Assembly (NCBI GenBank): GCA_964633425.1
Contig: CAZWFX010000006.1
Location: 4,955-68,954, forward strand
Direction: 5' to 3'
Length of the DNA: 64,000 bases
Origin: an uncultured Candidatus Saccharibacteria bacterium
GTDB lineage: Bacteria > Patescibacteriota > Minisyncoccia > Phycocordibacterales > UBA2100
Positions within the stretch are counted from its first letter, which is position 1; each line of letters opens with the position of its first letter. The notes under the pieces are model-generated. The model worked only from the letters and a program-made list of their open reading frames with translations. It had not been told where the DNA came from and made no database searches. The translations under genes were made by a program, and so were the position numbers. Of the stretch, positions 1 to 8,627 are shown piece after piece.

Positions 1-737
1 ACGAGCATTCGATCGATCAGGTCACCGCCCACCTCGACAGTTGATGTGAAAATCGGAACACCTCGCTTCACAACGGCAAAACCGGTGCGCGCACGTCCGA
101 AATCCACCAAGAGCGTTATCGGCTCTTCAGCGTCCGACGATGAAACCGCGCGTGCAATCGAACGCGCCTCGACCTCAAGCGAGAGCAGCGTGATACCTGC
201 GGCGGAGAATGCGTCGACGTAGGCCTGAGCCACGTCCTTTGGGAATACAACAACGCTTATTTCTTCGCTGCCGCCGTCGTCGCGTGAAAGCGTATTGTAA
301 TCATATACAGCCGCGCTCGGAGGGATGGGCACCCGACCCTCAAATTCAAATTCGATCATACCGAGCACCTGAGCGCGTGGCGTTCCGCTCGGCACCTGCA
401 TACTGAACACGTACGCAGCCTCTTCGGGCAGCGCGGCATGCGCACAATAGATCCCCTTTAACTCCTTACGCACCCCCTTGAGCACGTCTGCAAGCGCCGG
501 CACGTCATGAATGACACCGTTCATTACAATGCCTGAGCGCAGCGGAATGTCGCCGTATGTCTGCACACGAAGACCGTTCTCGGCCGAGACAAGTGTGAGC
601 CACTTAATGGATGAGTCGGAAATATCGACGCCTGCGGCACGCGGCATCAGGAGACGCGGCATCGGGAACCACCGCGTGAGGCGTCGCGAGAATGTTTCTT
701 TCGCAGCAGAAAGAGCGGTGGGATCAGAAGACCACAT
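1..737 (-). CDS. pilM: type IV pilus assembly protein PilM, N-terminal part (gene continues past window start)
   Basis: Absent from ORF track because truncated. Hand translation of minus strand from ATG 737 gives MWSSDPTALS..AAGVDISDSSIKWLTLVSAENGLRVQTYGDIPLRSGIV..ITLLVDFGRARTGFAVVKRGVPIFTSTVEVGGDLIDRML, the PilM/FtsA-like actin-fold pattern. Confidence 0.7.
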   Translation of the reverse strand, partial: MWSSDPTALSAAKETFSRRLTRWFPMPRLLMPRAAGVDISDSSIKWLTLVSAENGLRVQTYGDIPLRSGIVMNGVIHDVPALADVLKGVRKELKGIYCAHAALPEEAAYVFSMQVPSGTPRAQVLGMIEFEFEGRVPIPPSAAVYDYNTLSRDDGGSEEISVVVFPKDVAQAYVDAFSAAGITLLSLEVEARSIARAVSSSDAEEPITLLVDFGRARTGFAVVKRGVPIFTSTVEVGGDLIDRML

Positions 738-758
738 CGCTCAATTATATCAGCATTG

Positions 759-1154
759 CTACTTCAATTTCGTTCCCTGTGGAACTTCTCGCTCCGGTTG
801 TATGAGTGCGACACCCTTTTCGTCTGATGCAGCAATCAGCATGCCCTGACTCTCAACACCGCGAAGCATACGCGGCGCCAGATTTACGATGTACGGCAAC
901 TGACGACCGACCAGATCTTCAGGCTGTTTCCATTCTGCAATCCCGGAAACGATGGTGCGTGTGCCCATCGCTCCGAAATCGATCGTGCACTTGAGAAGCT
1001 TGTCGGCGTTCTCCACCTTTTCAACGGCCACGACGGTGCCGATACGTATATCAAGCTTGGCAAAATCATCGTACGAGATCTCAGCCTTCTTCTCGGGAAC
1101 CGGAGTCTGTACTTCGACGGGGGCGATATTATCTGCGGGGGTTTGTTCTGACAT
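759..1154 (-). CDS. tRNA-binding domain protein (CsaA/Trbp111/EMAP-like OB fold)
   Basis: 131 aa. DIRIGTVVAVEKVENADKLLKCTIDFG..IVSGIAEWKQPEDLVGRQLPYIVNLAPRMLRGVESQGMLIAA matches the MetG C-terminal/CsaA tRNA-binding domain. Confidence 0.75.
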   Translation of the reverse strand: MSEQTPADNIAPVEVQTPVPEKKAEISYDDFAKLDIRIGTVVAVEKVENADKLLKCTIDFGAMGTRTIVSGIAEWKQPEDLVGRQLPYIVNLAPRMLRGVESQGMLIAASDEKGVALIQPEREVPQGTKLK

Positions 1155-1161
1155 AGTCTGC

Positions 1162-1554
1162 CTAGTCTACACTTCCGGTTTTGATATCCAAATAGCGCTG
1201 CAGAATGATCGCGGCCGCAGACGCGTCGTCATGACGGTCATCCGGCGCGTAGCGGTTGGCTTCGATGGAGCTCCCCGCTTCCCACGAGGACGCAATCGGC
1301 ACGTCGAGCGTCTTTTTCAGATCCTCGACGAAATCTCGCACCTTCAACGTGATGGGGTTCGGTATCCCGCCGTAGCTTTGCGTATCACCTACCACAATGA
1401 ACCCGATCTTTTCGTCTTCGACGATCTTTTGGATCACACCGATGACTCCCCGCATGTTTGCGATGGTCTCACGCGGAAACGCGATCGTGCCCCCCTCGTC
1501 CGAGACAGCGAGTCCGATGCGCTTACCGCCGTAATCGATGCCCAAAAACTTCAT
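1162..1554 (-). CDS. ruvX: Holliday junction resolvase-like nuclease RuvX/YqgF
   Basis: MKFLGIDYGGKRIGLAVSD and C-terminal DDASAAAIILQRYL are YqgF signatures. Start moved to in-frame ATG 1554 (track ORF runs to 1593), 1 nt after the upstream stop. Confidence 0.8.
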   Translation of the reverse strand: MKFLGIDYGGKRIGLAVSDEGGTIAFPRETIANMRGVIGVIQKIVEDEKIGFIVVGDTQSYGGIPNPITLKVRDFVEDLKKTLDVPIASSWEAGSSIEANRYAPDDRHDDASAAAIILQRYLDIKTGSVD

Positions 1555-1555
1555 G

Positions 1556-2197
1556 TCAGTAATCGTACGCTGTTCCGGTCTCGATTGCATCAAACGCGAT
1601 GTTGTGGGATTTAAGGATGCCGCCGACCATTGCCGGAATAAACGCGGCGAATTGCGGGTGCAGGATCATATCGTGCACCGGGAACGCACGCTGCGGTTTG
1701 AGCATGATTGCGTAATCGATTGCCTGGGACACCTTCATCCATGGACCGGCAACCGGAAGCGCCACGATTTCCACCGGCTCTCCCGGCTCAATAAACGCAT
1801 CCCCCGGATACCAGAGGCGACCCGCGATAAGAAATCCCGTATTTTGGATGCGCGGAATGGACGAGTGGATCTCTTCGTGCACGCCGGATACGCCGGTAAA
1901 CGCAACGCCGCCGTGCTCGTGTGTCCCGTCCGTCATGGTGATGTGTTCGATGTGTTCGCGTGTGAGCAACGCAGACACCCCTTCGTTGCAGATAATCACA
2001 ACCCTCGGGTTTGTAGCCACAAGATGTTTTAACGATTCAAGGTGATAGTGGTCAGCGTGTTCGTGTGTGTAGAGAATAACGTCGATACCCGTCAGGGAGG
2101 AGTGGATGTTTGCAGTGAATGCACCGGGGTCGGTCAGGATGCGGATCCCCCGCTCTTCAATCAGCAGACAACAATGTCCGTATTTCGTTATTTTCAT
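1556..2197 (-). CDS. metallo-beta-lactamase fold hydrolase
   Basis: 213 aa with HxHxDH motif (YTHEHADHY) and downstream His/Asp ligands. Confidence 0.7.
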   Translation of the reverse strand: MKITKYGHCCLLIEERGIRILTDPGAFTANIHSSLTGIDVILYTHEHADHYHLESLKHLVATNPRVVIICNEGVSALLTREHIEHITMTDGTHEHGGVAFTGVSGVHEEIHSSIPRIQNTGFLIAGRLWYPGDAFIEPGEPVEIVALPVAGPWMKVSQAIDYAIMLKPQRAFPVHDMILHPQFAAFIPAMVGGILKSHNIAFDAIETGTAYDY

Positions 2198-2212
2198 GCG
2201 CGTAGTATAGCC

Positions 2213-2626
2213 CTATCGTTCCTGAAGTTTCGATGTTTTGTAGATTTCGGGCTGAAAGGGTTTCAATCGGACGACACGGGTGTGCAATCCTGCACGGTCG
2301 AGCTCGGCCTGCAATTCGTTTACATAAAAGCTGTGCTGATCGTAGCCGAGCCCTATCACCTCGGGATCAGCCAAAACAATATGTCCGATGAAACCCTCAC
2401 GATCTCCGAGAACGACCTCATCCACAAGATTGCAGGCCTCGACCGTCTTGAGCCGTTCAAGCTCCGTATGTTTCGGCTTCATGCCTTTTATGCGTTCGGT
2501 CGATTGATCTCTCGCTATCGAAACAATAAGCTGCGGATCCTCTACGAGCGCGCGGGCCTGACGGAACATATCGAGATGTCCCTCGTGGAGCATGTCGAAC
2601 GTACCGAATACCATTACCCGCCTCAT
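2213..2626 (-). CDS. cytidylyltransferase-family nucleotidyltransferase, candidate FMN adenylyltransferase (RibL-like)
   Basis: [21 protein letters not shown] carries the (T/H)xGH nucleotidyltransferase motif. ATGA stop/start overlap with the upstream EamA gene. Start set at 2626 rather than track 2698. Confidence 0.6.
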   Translation of the reverse strand: MRRVMVFGTFDMLHEGHLDMFRQARALVEDPQLIVSIARDQSTERIKGMKPKHTELERLKTVEACNLVDEVVLGDREGFIGHIVLADPEVIGLGYDQHSFYVNELQAELDRAGLHTRVVRLKPFQPEIYKTSKLQER

Positions 2627-3576
2627 GATGCGACTTCCTCCTGATTCTCCCGACTGAGCATATAGAGCGCAAACAGAAGCAGTGCGGTGCCTGCCCACTG
2701 CCCCACAAACAGGCCAAAGTAGGTGCCCGGAGCGTTATTCCCTGCGATGAAATATGCGTTCACAAATACAGCCGCGAGCGGAAACCCGAGCTCTGCGAGC
2801 GTTGCGATGGATGCTTTCGTGAACTGCAGTCCGTAGTAGTAGATAGAGAGCGAAAAGACTCCGGAAACCATTGCCACGATTGCGATAAAGAGCCAGTCCG
2901 TGGGAGTAATCGAAGCGAACGGAGGCAACTGGTCTTGCGCCGCGGAAAGCATCATCAGAAACACAAAAGCAATACCGAAACGCAGCGCAGTGAGGGTTTG
3001 GAATGAACTTGTGCGCAGCGCGTACTTGCCCAGTACCGTTGATGCTCCCCACAAGAGCGCCGCAGCGAGCGCGAACAACACCCCGAGCATGTTGGGGTTG
3101 AACACTTCCCCTTCATACATTTGAGGTCGTATATCCGGAAAGCTGATGAGGTACGCTCCCACGATCGCAACGATCGCCCATATCCAGAAATATTTATGCA
3201 TGCGCTCTTTCAGAAAGAGCGCGGCAAGTGATATAGCGATCAACGGCTGCACTTTTTGCAGCAGAATCGCCACTGAGGGATTCACGTACGAGAACGACTG
3301 CGTGAATGCAATAGACGCGAGTGCCGAACCGCCCACCGCTATAACAACGATTGCGGCCCACTCGCGCTTGGTGAACGTTGAGAGTTCACGCCAATTGAAA
3401 AACAGCACCGGGACCACGAACAAAAGGTTTACCGCGTGTTCCGCGAGCACGATAAAGCTCGATGACAGGTCTTTTGTGAGGTAGGTGCGGAACGGTGCAT
3501 CCGTCGCCCACAACATCGCCGCGGCACAGACGAGCAGCGGACCAAAAAATGCGAGGGAACGGGTTACCTGCTTCAT
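2623..3576 (-). CDS. EamA/DMT-family transporter (about 10 TM)
   Basis: 317 aa of two hydrophobic EamA-like halves. 4-nt overlaps with both neighbouring genes. Confidence 0.75.
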   Translation of the reverse strand: MKQVTRSLAFFGPLLVCAAAMLWATDAPFRTYLTKDLSSSFIVLAEHAVNLLFVVPVLFFNWRELSTFTKREWAAIVVIAVGGSALASIAFTQSFSYVNPSVAILLQKVQPLIAISLAALFLKERMHKYFWIWAIVAIVGAYLISFPDIRPQMYEGEVFNPNMLGVLFALAAALLWGASTVLGKYALRTSSFQTLTALRFGIAFVFLMMLSAAQDQLPPFASITPTDWLFIAIVAMVSGVFSLSIYYYGLQFTKASIATLAELGFPLAAVFVNAYFIAGNNAPGTYFGLFVGQWAGTALLLFALYMLSRENQEEVAS

Positions 3577-3917
3577 ATGTTCAGGAAGTATGCACGAACG
3601 AGCGCCACATCGGAAGCCATGGCCGCCTTTAGATCGGCGTCGTTTTCAAACAACCGGTTGTCACGGATCTTTTCGTACACATCTATCCGCGCGGTTTTCC
3701 CGTACAGGTCCCCCGACATGTCCAGCAGGTGCGCCTCGAGCACACCGCGTTTTGCATCACGAAATGCCGCCGCCAGAAACTCCGCGCCGTCGATAACAAC
3801 TTTTGCCGGGTAGATCCCGTCGAGATCACATTCGGCGCACTCGATGTTAATGGTGGGATATCCCAAGAGCGCCGCGCGCTTCGAGCCATGGACCACTTCC
3901 CCCGTGAACGACGTCAT
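3573..3917 (-). CDS. riboflavin kinase (stand-alone RibF C-terminal-type domain)
   Basis: 114 aa. GEVVHGSKRAALLGYPTINI..LEAHLLDMSGDLYGKTARIDVYEKIRDNRLF matches the flavokinase domain. Confidence 0.7.
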   Translation of the reverse strand: MTSFTGEVVHGSKRAALLGYPTINIECAECDLDGIYPAKVVIDGAEFLAAAFRDAKRGVLEAHLLDMSGDLYGKTARIDVYEKIRDNRLFENDADLKAAMASDVALVRAYFLNI

Positions 3918-3920
3918 ATG

Positions 3921-4928
3921 TCAGTTGATTTCGATATCTATATATCGCACATGCGGACATGCACTTTTCACGCGCCCCTCGATTTCGTCGATCTTCTTTC
4001 CGATCATGCGCGGTATACGATCGGCATACCACACACAGAAACGCTTGAATGCTTCGTAGTCGTTGCTGATGTTATCGAATTCCGAGAGTAACGATTCCTG
4101 CTGGTATGCCTCGTTCATCAGCGCAGCGCCATTGAACTCAATCTCAAACTTCACGCGGTAGACGCCGATATCGAGCACGGTCGACTTGAAATCGATCACG
4201 CGCTCGATGGCCGGTTCACCGGCGAGCACGTCCATGATGGCCTCCTGATCGTCCTCGGGAATCGCACGACCGATAAGGTACGAGCGATTCTTTGCAATCA
4301 ACGCGATCGCAACAATACCCAGAAGTGTTGCGATAATGATCGAACCTACTGCGTCCCATCGAGGATTATTCGTCAGGTACGAGAGAATTATTGAGCTTGC
4401 GGCGATGATGACACCGAACACGGCAACACCGTCCTCGAGACACACGGCAAGCGTTGACGGGTCCGCAAGTACGAACCGTTCTGTCCATGACTGTTTGGGG
4501 AACGAACGTGCGAGTGATCGCAAAGCGATCCAGAGTGTGAGCGCCTCGACTACGAATGCCACCAAAAGCACCGCAAACGTAAGTGCGCTGATCTCGATGG
4601 GCTTAGGGTGCTGGAGTGCCTCAATGCCGTGATACATGGTGACCCCTGCCCCGACAAAGAAGATGCCGCACGCCGAAATGAGCGCCCAAAAGAATCGCTC
4701 GTTGCCGAATCCGTACGCGAATTCACTGGTAGGCTTTTTGTGCGAACGGGTAACGCCCACCAAAAGCAATGCCTGATTACTGGTGTCGGCAAAGCTGTGA
4801 ATGGCCTCTGAGAACATGGCGCTTGAGCCCGAGGCGGAGGCAGCCAACACTTTGAATACAGTAACGAGTGCATTCCCTATCAGGGCCGCAAGAACCGGCC
4901 AGAACCCTTTCGACTTCGCGATAGCCAT
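3921..4928 (-). CDS. cation diffusion facilitator (CDF) metal transporter
   Basis: 6-TM core (SAMFSEAIHSFADTSNQALLL, FGNERFFWALISA) plus cytoplasmic C-terminal domain. Track ORF extends to 5123. ATG 4928 (MAIAKSKGFWPV) gives a typical CDF N-terminus. Confidence 0.75.
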   Translation of the reverse strand: MAIAKSKGFWPVLAALIGNALVTVFKVLAASASGSSAMFSEAIHSFADTSNQALLLVGVTRSHKKPTSEFAYGFGNERFFWALISACGIFFVGAGVTMYHGIEALQHPKPIEISALTFAVLLVAFVVEALTLWIALRSLARSFPKQSWTERFVLADPSTLAVCLEDGVAVFGVIIAASSIILSYLTNNPRWDAVGSIIIATLLGIVAIALIAKNRSYLIGRAIPEDDQEAIMDVLAGEPAIERVIDFKSTVLDIGVYRVKFEIEFNGAALMNEAYQQESLLSEFDNISNDYEAFKRFCVWYADRIPRMIGKKIDEIEGRVKSACPHVRYIDIEIN

Positions 4929-5081
4929 TCGGACCACTCTATCATTGAGGGTACGCGTATCGCCGCACAATCTCACATGCGAGCGCGGCCCGGGAATGTC
5001 GACGTTCACCGCAGACCGCCAGAGGGCTTTGTTGAGCCCTCGTAGGAAGATATCCACCGCGGGACTTGACGTGACGTTAGT

Positions 5082-5100
5082 TAGTGTATAACCTACACTT
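5082..5100. promoter_or_regulatory. inverted repeat TAGTGTA-N5-TACACT(T), operator candidate 1
   Basis: Read directly. Lies in the divergent region between the CDF operon (-) and nadM (+). Near-identical to the site at 5147-5165. Confidence 0.45.
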
Positions 5101-5146
5101 AGTGGTCGAAACAGCGGGTACATCCCGCTCTTACTTGATCATTACT

Positions 5147-5165
5147 TAGTGTACGAAATACACTA
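5147..5165. promoter_or_regulatory. perfect inverted repeat TAGTGTA-N5-TACACTA, operator candidate 2
   Basis: 7-bp arms. Overlaps a possible nadM promoter (TTGATC 5135-5140, TACACT 5159-5164). Both sites are preceded by TTA(G/C)T. Confidence 0.45.
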
Positions 5166-5195
5166 TTTATGCTCTTTGAAATAACGGAGAAAACC

Positions 5196-6092
5196 ATGAA
5201 GAAGCTCGCCCGCATCGGAGTGGTCGTCGGCAGATTCCAAGTCGCCGCCCTCCACAAAGGACATCTGCATCTGCTGCGGCATGCCATGCGCAGCAGCGAC
5301 ACACTGCTCGTTGTGCTGGGCTCACCCGAGTTCCCTACCCCACGCAACCCGCTCTCGTTCGAGATGCGCAAGCAGATGATCGAAGAAGCATTCCCCGACG
5401 CGATCGTCGTCGAGCTTCGTGACACCCCGAAGGATGCTGACTGGATCAAGAAGCTTGATTCGCTCATCCGCGCAGTAGGCGCAGAGCGCGACGTGACGCT
5501 CTATGGATCACGCGATTCATTCCTGTCGGTTTACGCAGGCGCGTTTCGCACCGAGCTCGTACCCGAGTTGCCTGGATTCTCAGGGACCGCGGAACGCGCC
5601 AAGTGCATGACGAGCAAGCGGACATCGGCGGCATACCGTGCCGGCGTGATTCACGGATTCGTGTCCCGCCTGAAGGTCACCCGACCAATGGTGGACATTG
5701 CCGTGATGAAACGCCGCGAAGGACTTGTACTCTTGGGCGGAAAGCCAAAGGACCCGAAAGGTCTGTGGCGATTCCCCGGAGGACTCGTCGATCCGAGCGA
5801 CCCGTCGCTTGAGTACGCTGCAAGGCGTGAAGCAAGCGAAGAGTTGTCGAACATCGAAATCGACGATGTGGCCTACATCGGGTCAACGTCGACGAATGAT
5901 CGCCGCTACCGCGGCACCGGTGAATACGCGATCACCGCACTGTGTATCGCGACCTACATCTACGGCGCAGCGCGTGCGGGCGACGACCTCTCGAGAGTCG
6001 AGTGGTTCCCTGTCGCGATGCTGCCGAAGGTGCTCGTTCCCGAGCATAGGAAGCTCGGTGAAATGCTCACCAACTATCTATCCCGCGCGTAA
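5196..6092 (+). CDS. nadM: bifunctional NMN adenylyltransferase / Nudix hydrolase (NadM-Nudix type)
   Basis: N-terminal GRFQ..HKGH nucleotidyltransferase motif and C-terminal Nudix box (GGLVDPSDPSLEYAARREASEEL). GGAG upstream of ATG 5196. Confidence 0.75.
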   Translation: MKKLARIGVVVGRFQVAALHKGHLHLLRHAMRSSDTLLVVLGSPEFPTPRNPLSFEMRKQMIEEAFPDAIVVELRDTPKDADWIKKLDSLIRAVGAERDVTLYGSRDSFLSVYAGAFRTELVPELPGFSGTAERAKCMTSKRTSAAYRAGVIHGFVSRLKVTRPMVDIAVMKRREGLVLLGGKPKDPKGLWRFPGGLVDPSDPSLEYAARREASEELSNIEIDDVAYIGSTSTNDRRYRGTGEYAITALCIATYIYGAARAGDDLSRVEWFPVAMLPKVLVPEHRKLGEMLTNYLSRA

Positions 6093-6112
6093 GCGCTCCG
6101 TAGGAGGACGTC

Positions 6113-7528
6113 ATGAACGCCCATGTATCAAGTGCCTCGATGCTCGCTCAGCCGAACATCATCACGCTGACTGACAGCTACAAGGTCTCGCACTGGAAGC
6201 AGTATCCGAAGAACACGACCCGCGTCTACTCGTTCTTCGAGAGCCGCGGGGGCATGTTCCCCTCGGTCACATTCTTCGGCCTGCAGTACTACCTGATGAA
6301 GTACCTCGCCGGCGTCGTCGTGAACGAACAATTCATCAAGAAGGCCCGTCGTCGCTTCAAGGCGCACTTCGGCACCGATGAGATGTTCAACGAAGCCGGC
6401 TGGCGGTACATCATCGAGAAGCACGGCGGCAAGCTGCCGGTCCGCATCAAGGCGGTGCCTGAAGGAACGACTGTTCCGACCGGCAACGTGCTGATGACGA
6501 TCGAGAATACCGACCCCGAATGCGAATGGGACACCAACTACCTCGAGACCCTGCTCTCGATGGTGTGGTACCCCTCGACCGTGGCGACGCAGAGCCGTGA
6601 AATGCGACGGGTACTGCTCAAGTACCTGGTCATGACCGGCGATCCGTCGCTCATCGACTTCAAACTGCACGACTTCGGTTTCCGCGGTTCGACCTCGGTC
6701 GAAAGTGCGGGAATCGGCGGCGCTGCGCATCTGGTGAACTTTTTGGGCACCGATACGCTCGCCGCACTTGATGTCGCCGAAGACTACTACGACGAAGAAA
6801 GCGCCGGATTCTCAATTCCGGCAGCCGAACACTCCACGATTACCTCGTGGGGTCGCGAGAACGAGGCCGAAGCATTCGAAAACATGCTCACGCAGTTCCC
6901 GAGCGGACTCGTCGCCGTGGTGTCTGACAGCTACAACATCTACGAAGCGTGCAAGAAGATCTGGGGCGAACAGCTCCGGGAGAAAGTGCTTGCACGCGAC
7001 GGCGTACTCGTAGTGCGACCGGATAGCGGCTACCCGCCGGACACGGTCGTCGTCGTGCTGAACATCCTGGGCGAGAAGTTCGGATACACCATGAACGACA
7101 AGGGCTACAAAGTCCTGAATCCGAAGGTTCGCGTCATCCAGGGTGACGGCATCGACTACGAGATGCTCGACAAGGTGCTGGTCGCGATGAAGATCGCCGG
7201 ATGGTCGGCGGACAATGTCGCGTTCGGCTCGGGCGGCGGTCTCCTGCAGAAGGTCAACCGTGACACGCAGAAGTTCGCGATCAAGTGCTCGTATATGGAA
7301 GTCGCCGGCGAAGGTCGCGACGTGATGAAGGACCCGATCACCGACCCGGGCAAGCGCTCGAAGGCGGGCCGACTCGCGCTCGTGAAGATCGATGGCGAGT
7401 TCAAGACCGTCCGCGAGGAAGAGGCAGCCCGCCTCGGACTCAAGGATGAGCTCGAGACCGTGTTCGAGAACGGCGAGATCCTGGTCAAGCACAGCTTCGC
7501 GGACATTCGTGCCCGCGCAGCAATCTGA
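6113..7528 (+). CDS. nadV: nicotinamide phosphoribosyltransferase
   Basis: 471 aa. HDFGFRGSTSVESAGIGGAAHLVNFLGTDT and overall NAMPT/NadV architecture. Confidence 0.9.
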   Translation: MNAHVSSASMLAQPNIITLTDSYKVSHWKQYPKNTTRVYSFFESRGGMFPSVTFFGLQYYLMKYLAGVVVNEQFIKKARRRFKAHFGTDEMFNEAGWRYIIEKHGGKLPVRIKAVPEGTTVPTGNVLMTIENTDPECEWDTNYLETLLSMVWYPSTVATQSREMRRVLLKYLVMTGDPSLIDFKLHDFGFRGSTSVESAGIGGAAHLVNFLGTDTLAALDVAEDYYDEESAGFSIPAAEHSTITSWGRENEAEAFENMLTQFPSGLVAVVSDSYNIYEACKKIWGEQLREKVLARDGVLVVRPDSGYPPDTVVVVLNILGEKFGYTMNDKGYKVLNPKVRVIQGDGIDYEMLDKVLVAMKIAGWSADNVAFGSGGGLLQKVNRDTQKFAIKCSYMEVAGEGRDVMKDPITDPGKRSKAGRLALVKIDGEFKTVREEEAARLGLKDELETVFENGEILVKHSFADIRARAAI

Positions 7529-7547
7529 TTACTCCGTTTTCCCTCTT

Positions 7548-7580
7548 CCGCGCGCACTTCGGTGCGCGCGGTTCTTTGTT
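7548..7580 (+). terminator. rho-independent terminator after nadV
   Basis: CCGCGCGCAC-TTCG-GTGCGCGCGG followed by TTCTTTGTT. Confidence 0.7.
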
Positions 7581-7614
7581 GCATGAACGTTCACAGAAAA
7601 GCTACTATGCTGCC

Positions 7615-8307
7615 ATGTCTCCCCTTCTCATACTTACCTGGACCGCGGCAGTCTCCCTGTGCGCGATCGGCGCCGCGTACTACGCACGAACATCCGGCCG
7701 CGCAGATGCGATCGTCGCACTCTATGTCACGCTCGTCGTGGCCTCGAATTTAGTCGCGTCAAAGATCGTCGGTTTTGACGTCGGTGTGGCCACTCTTTTT
7801 GCACCAGGTGCGACGCTTCTGTTTTCTGTCACCTTTTTGTTGACCGACATCGTGAACGAACGATTCGGCAGACAGGAAACCCAGCGGATGATTTACATCG
7901 CCGTCTTCGCACAACTCGCATTTCTCCTCTTCGGATACATTGCTGTGTCGGCGACACCCGCTCCGTTCTTTACGGGGCAAGCGGCCTTTGAAACCGTGTT
8001 TGGGACGGTACCGCGAATCGCACTCGCCGGGCTCGTGACATTTCTTATCAGCGAATCACTCGACGCATATTTGTATCAATGGTTCCGCCTGAAAACGCAC
8101 GGCCGTAATTTGTGGCTACGAAACGCCTTCAGCTCCATACCCGCGATGCTTTTGGACAGCGCACTATTCGTGACATTGGCGTTTTACGGAACAACCGCAC
8201 TCCTGCCGCTCATCATCGGACTCACGGTTGTGAAATGGATTGTCGCCGTGATCGACATTCCGTTCATGTACGCCGCCCGCTGGGTACTCGGTACGCGCAG
8301 TTCCTAG
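7615..8307 (+). CDS. queuosine-precursor transporter family protein (YhhQ/DUF165, VUT family)
   Basis: Multi-TM protein with FLLTDIVNERFGRQETQRMIY motif. Start set to ATG 7615, 6 nt after TACTAT (track start TTG 7576). Confidence 0.7.
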   Translation: MSPLLILTWTAAVSLCAIGAAYYARTSGRADAIVALYVTLVVASNLVASKIVGFDVGVATLFAPGATLLFSVTFLLTDIVNERFGRQETQRMIYIAVFAQLAFLLFGYIAVSATPAPFFTGQAAFETVFGTVPRIALAGLVTFLISESLDAYLYQWFRLKTHGRNLWLRNAFSSIPAMLLDSALFVTLAFYGTTALLPLIIGLTVVKWIVAVIDIPFMYAARWVLGTRSS

Positions 8308-8348
8308 CAATACCGAAAAAGCCCGCATTGTGTTACAAAGTGCAGCAC

Positions 8349-8433
8349 GGAGGGGTGGCAGAGTGGTCTATCGCACCTGTCTTGAAAACAGGAGTCTCGC
8401 AAGGGACCAAGAGTTCGAATCTCTTCCCCTCCG
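8349..8433 (+). tRNA. tRNA-Ser (anticodon TGA), long variable arm, no encoded CCA
   Basis: Hand fold: acceptor GGAGGGG/CCCCTCC, anticodon stem CCTGT/ACAGG with loop CTTGAAA, variable arm AGTCTCGCAAGGGACC, T arm AAGAG-TTCGAAT-CTCTT. Confidence 0.85.
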
Positions 8434-8446
8434 CAATGATTCAAAG

Positions 8447-8468
8447 AAACGCCTTCGGGCGTTTTTTT
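8447..8468 (+). terminator. rho-independent terminator after tRNA-Ser
   Basis: AAACGCC-TTCG-GGCGTTT followed by a T run. Confidence 0.75.
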
Positions 8469-8556
8469 GATTCACCATTGCGAGCAAGGGGAAGAAACTC
8501 GAGCGTGAGCGGCGGAGGCTCCATCAGCAGATGGAGCGACTCGGACAGGTCCGAGA

Positions 8557-8584
8557 GGAGTGAGGAGTGAGGAGTGAGGAGCGA
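8557..8584 (+). repeat. 4 tandem heptads GGAGTGA GGAGTGA GGAGTGA GGAGCGA
   Basis: Read directly from sequence. Confidence 0.9.
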
Positions 8585-8627
8585 CGGCGACGAACGAGTG
8601 ATTGCCCGCATCTCTCTCTTCAAAAGG

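Noticed and set aside
6128-7492. Long minus-strand ORFs (6128..6730, 6812..7492) antisense to nadV, and similar ones antisense to 20211-20876, 22527-24331, 32821-33699, 35638-37397 and 40957-41340
   Set aside because: These are a by-product of very high G/C content at third codon positions of the sense genes. The sense strands carry clear family motifs. The antisense products are Arg/Asp/His-rich with no motifs or start signals.
7529-7614. Possible preQ1 riboswitch upstream of the YhhQ-like queuosine-precursor transporter
   Set aside because: The hairpin is the nadV terminator. No preQ1-I/II consensus (short stem plus an A-rich ..AAAAAACUA tail) is present. The -10-like hexamer leaves essentially no 5' UTR.
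8557-8584. Heptad array as a CRISPR array or microsatellite
   Set aside because: The units are 7 nt with no spacers, so it is not a CRISPR array. It is retained only as part of the candidate sRNA.
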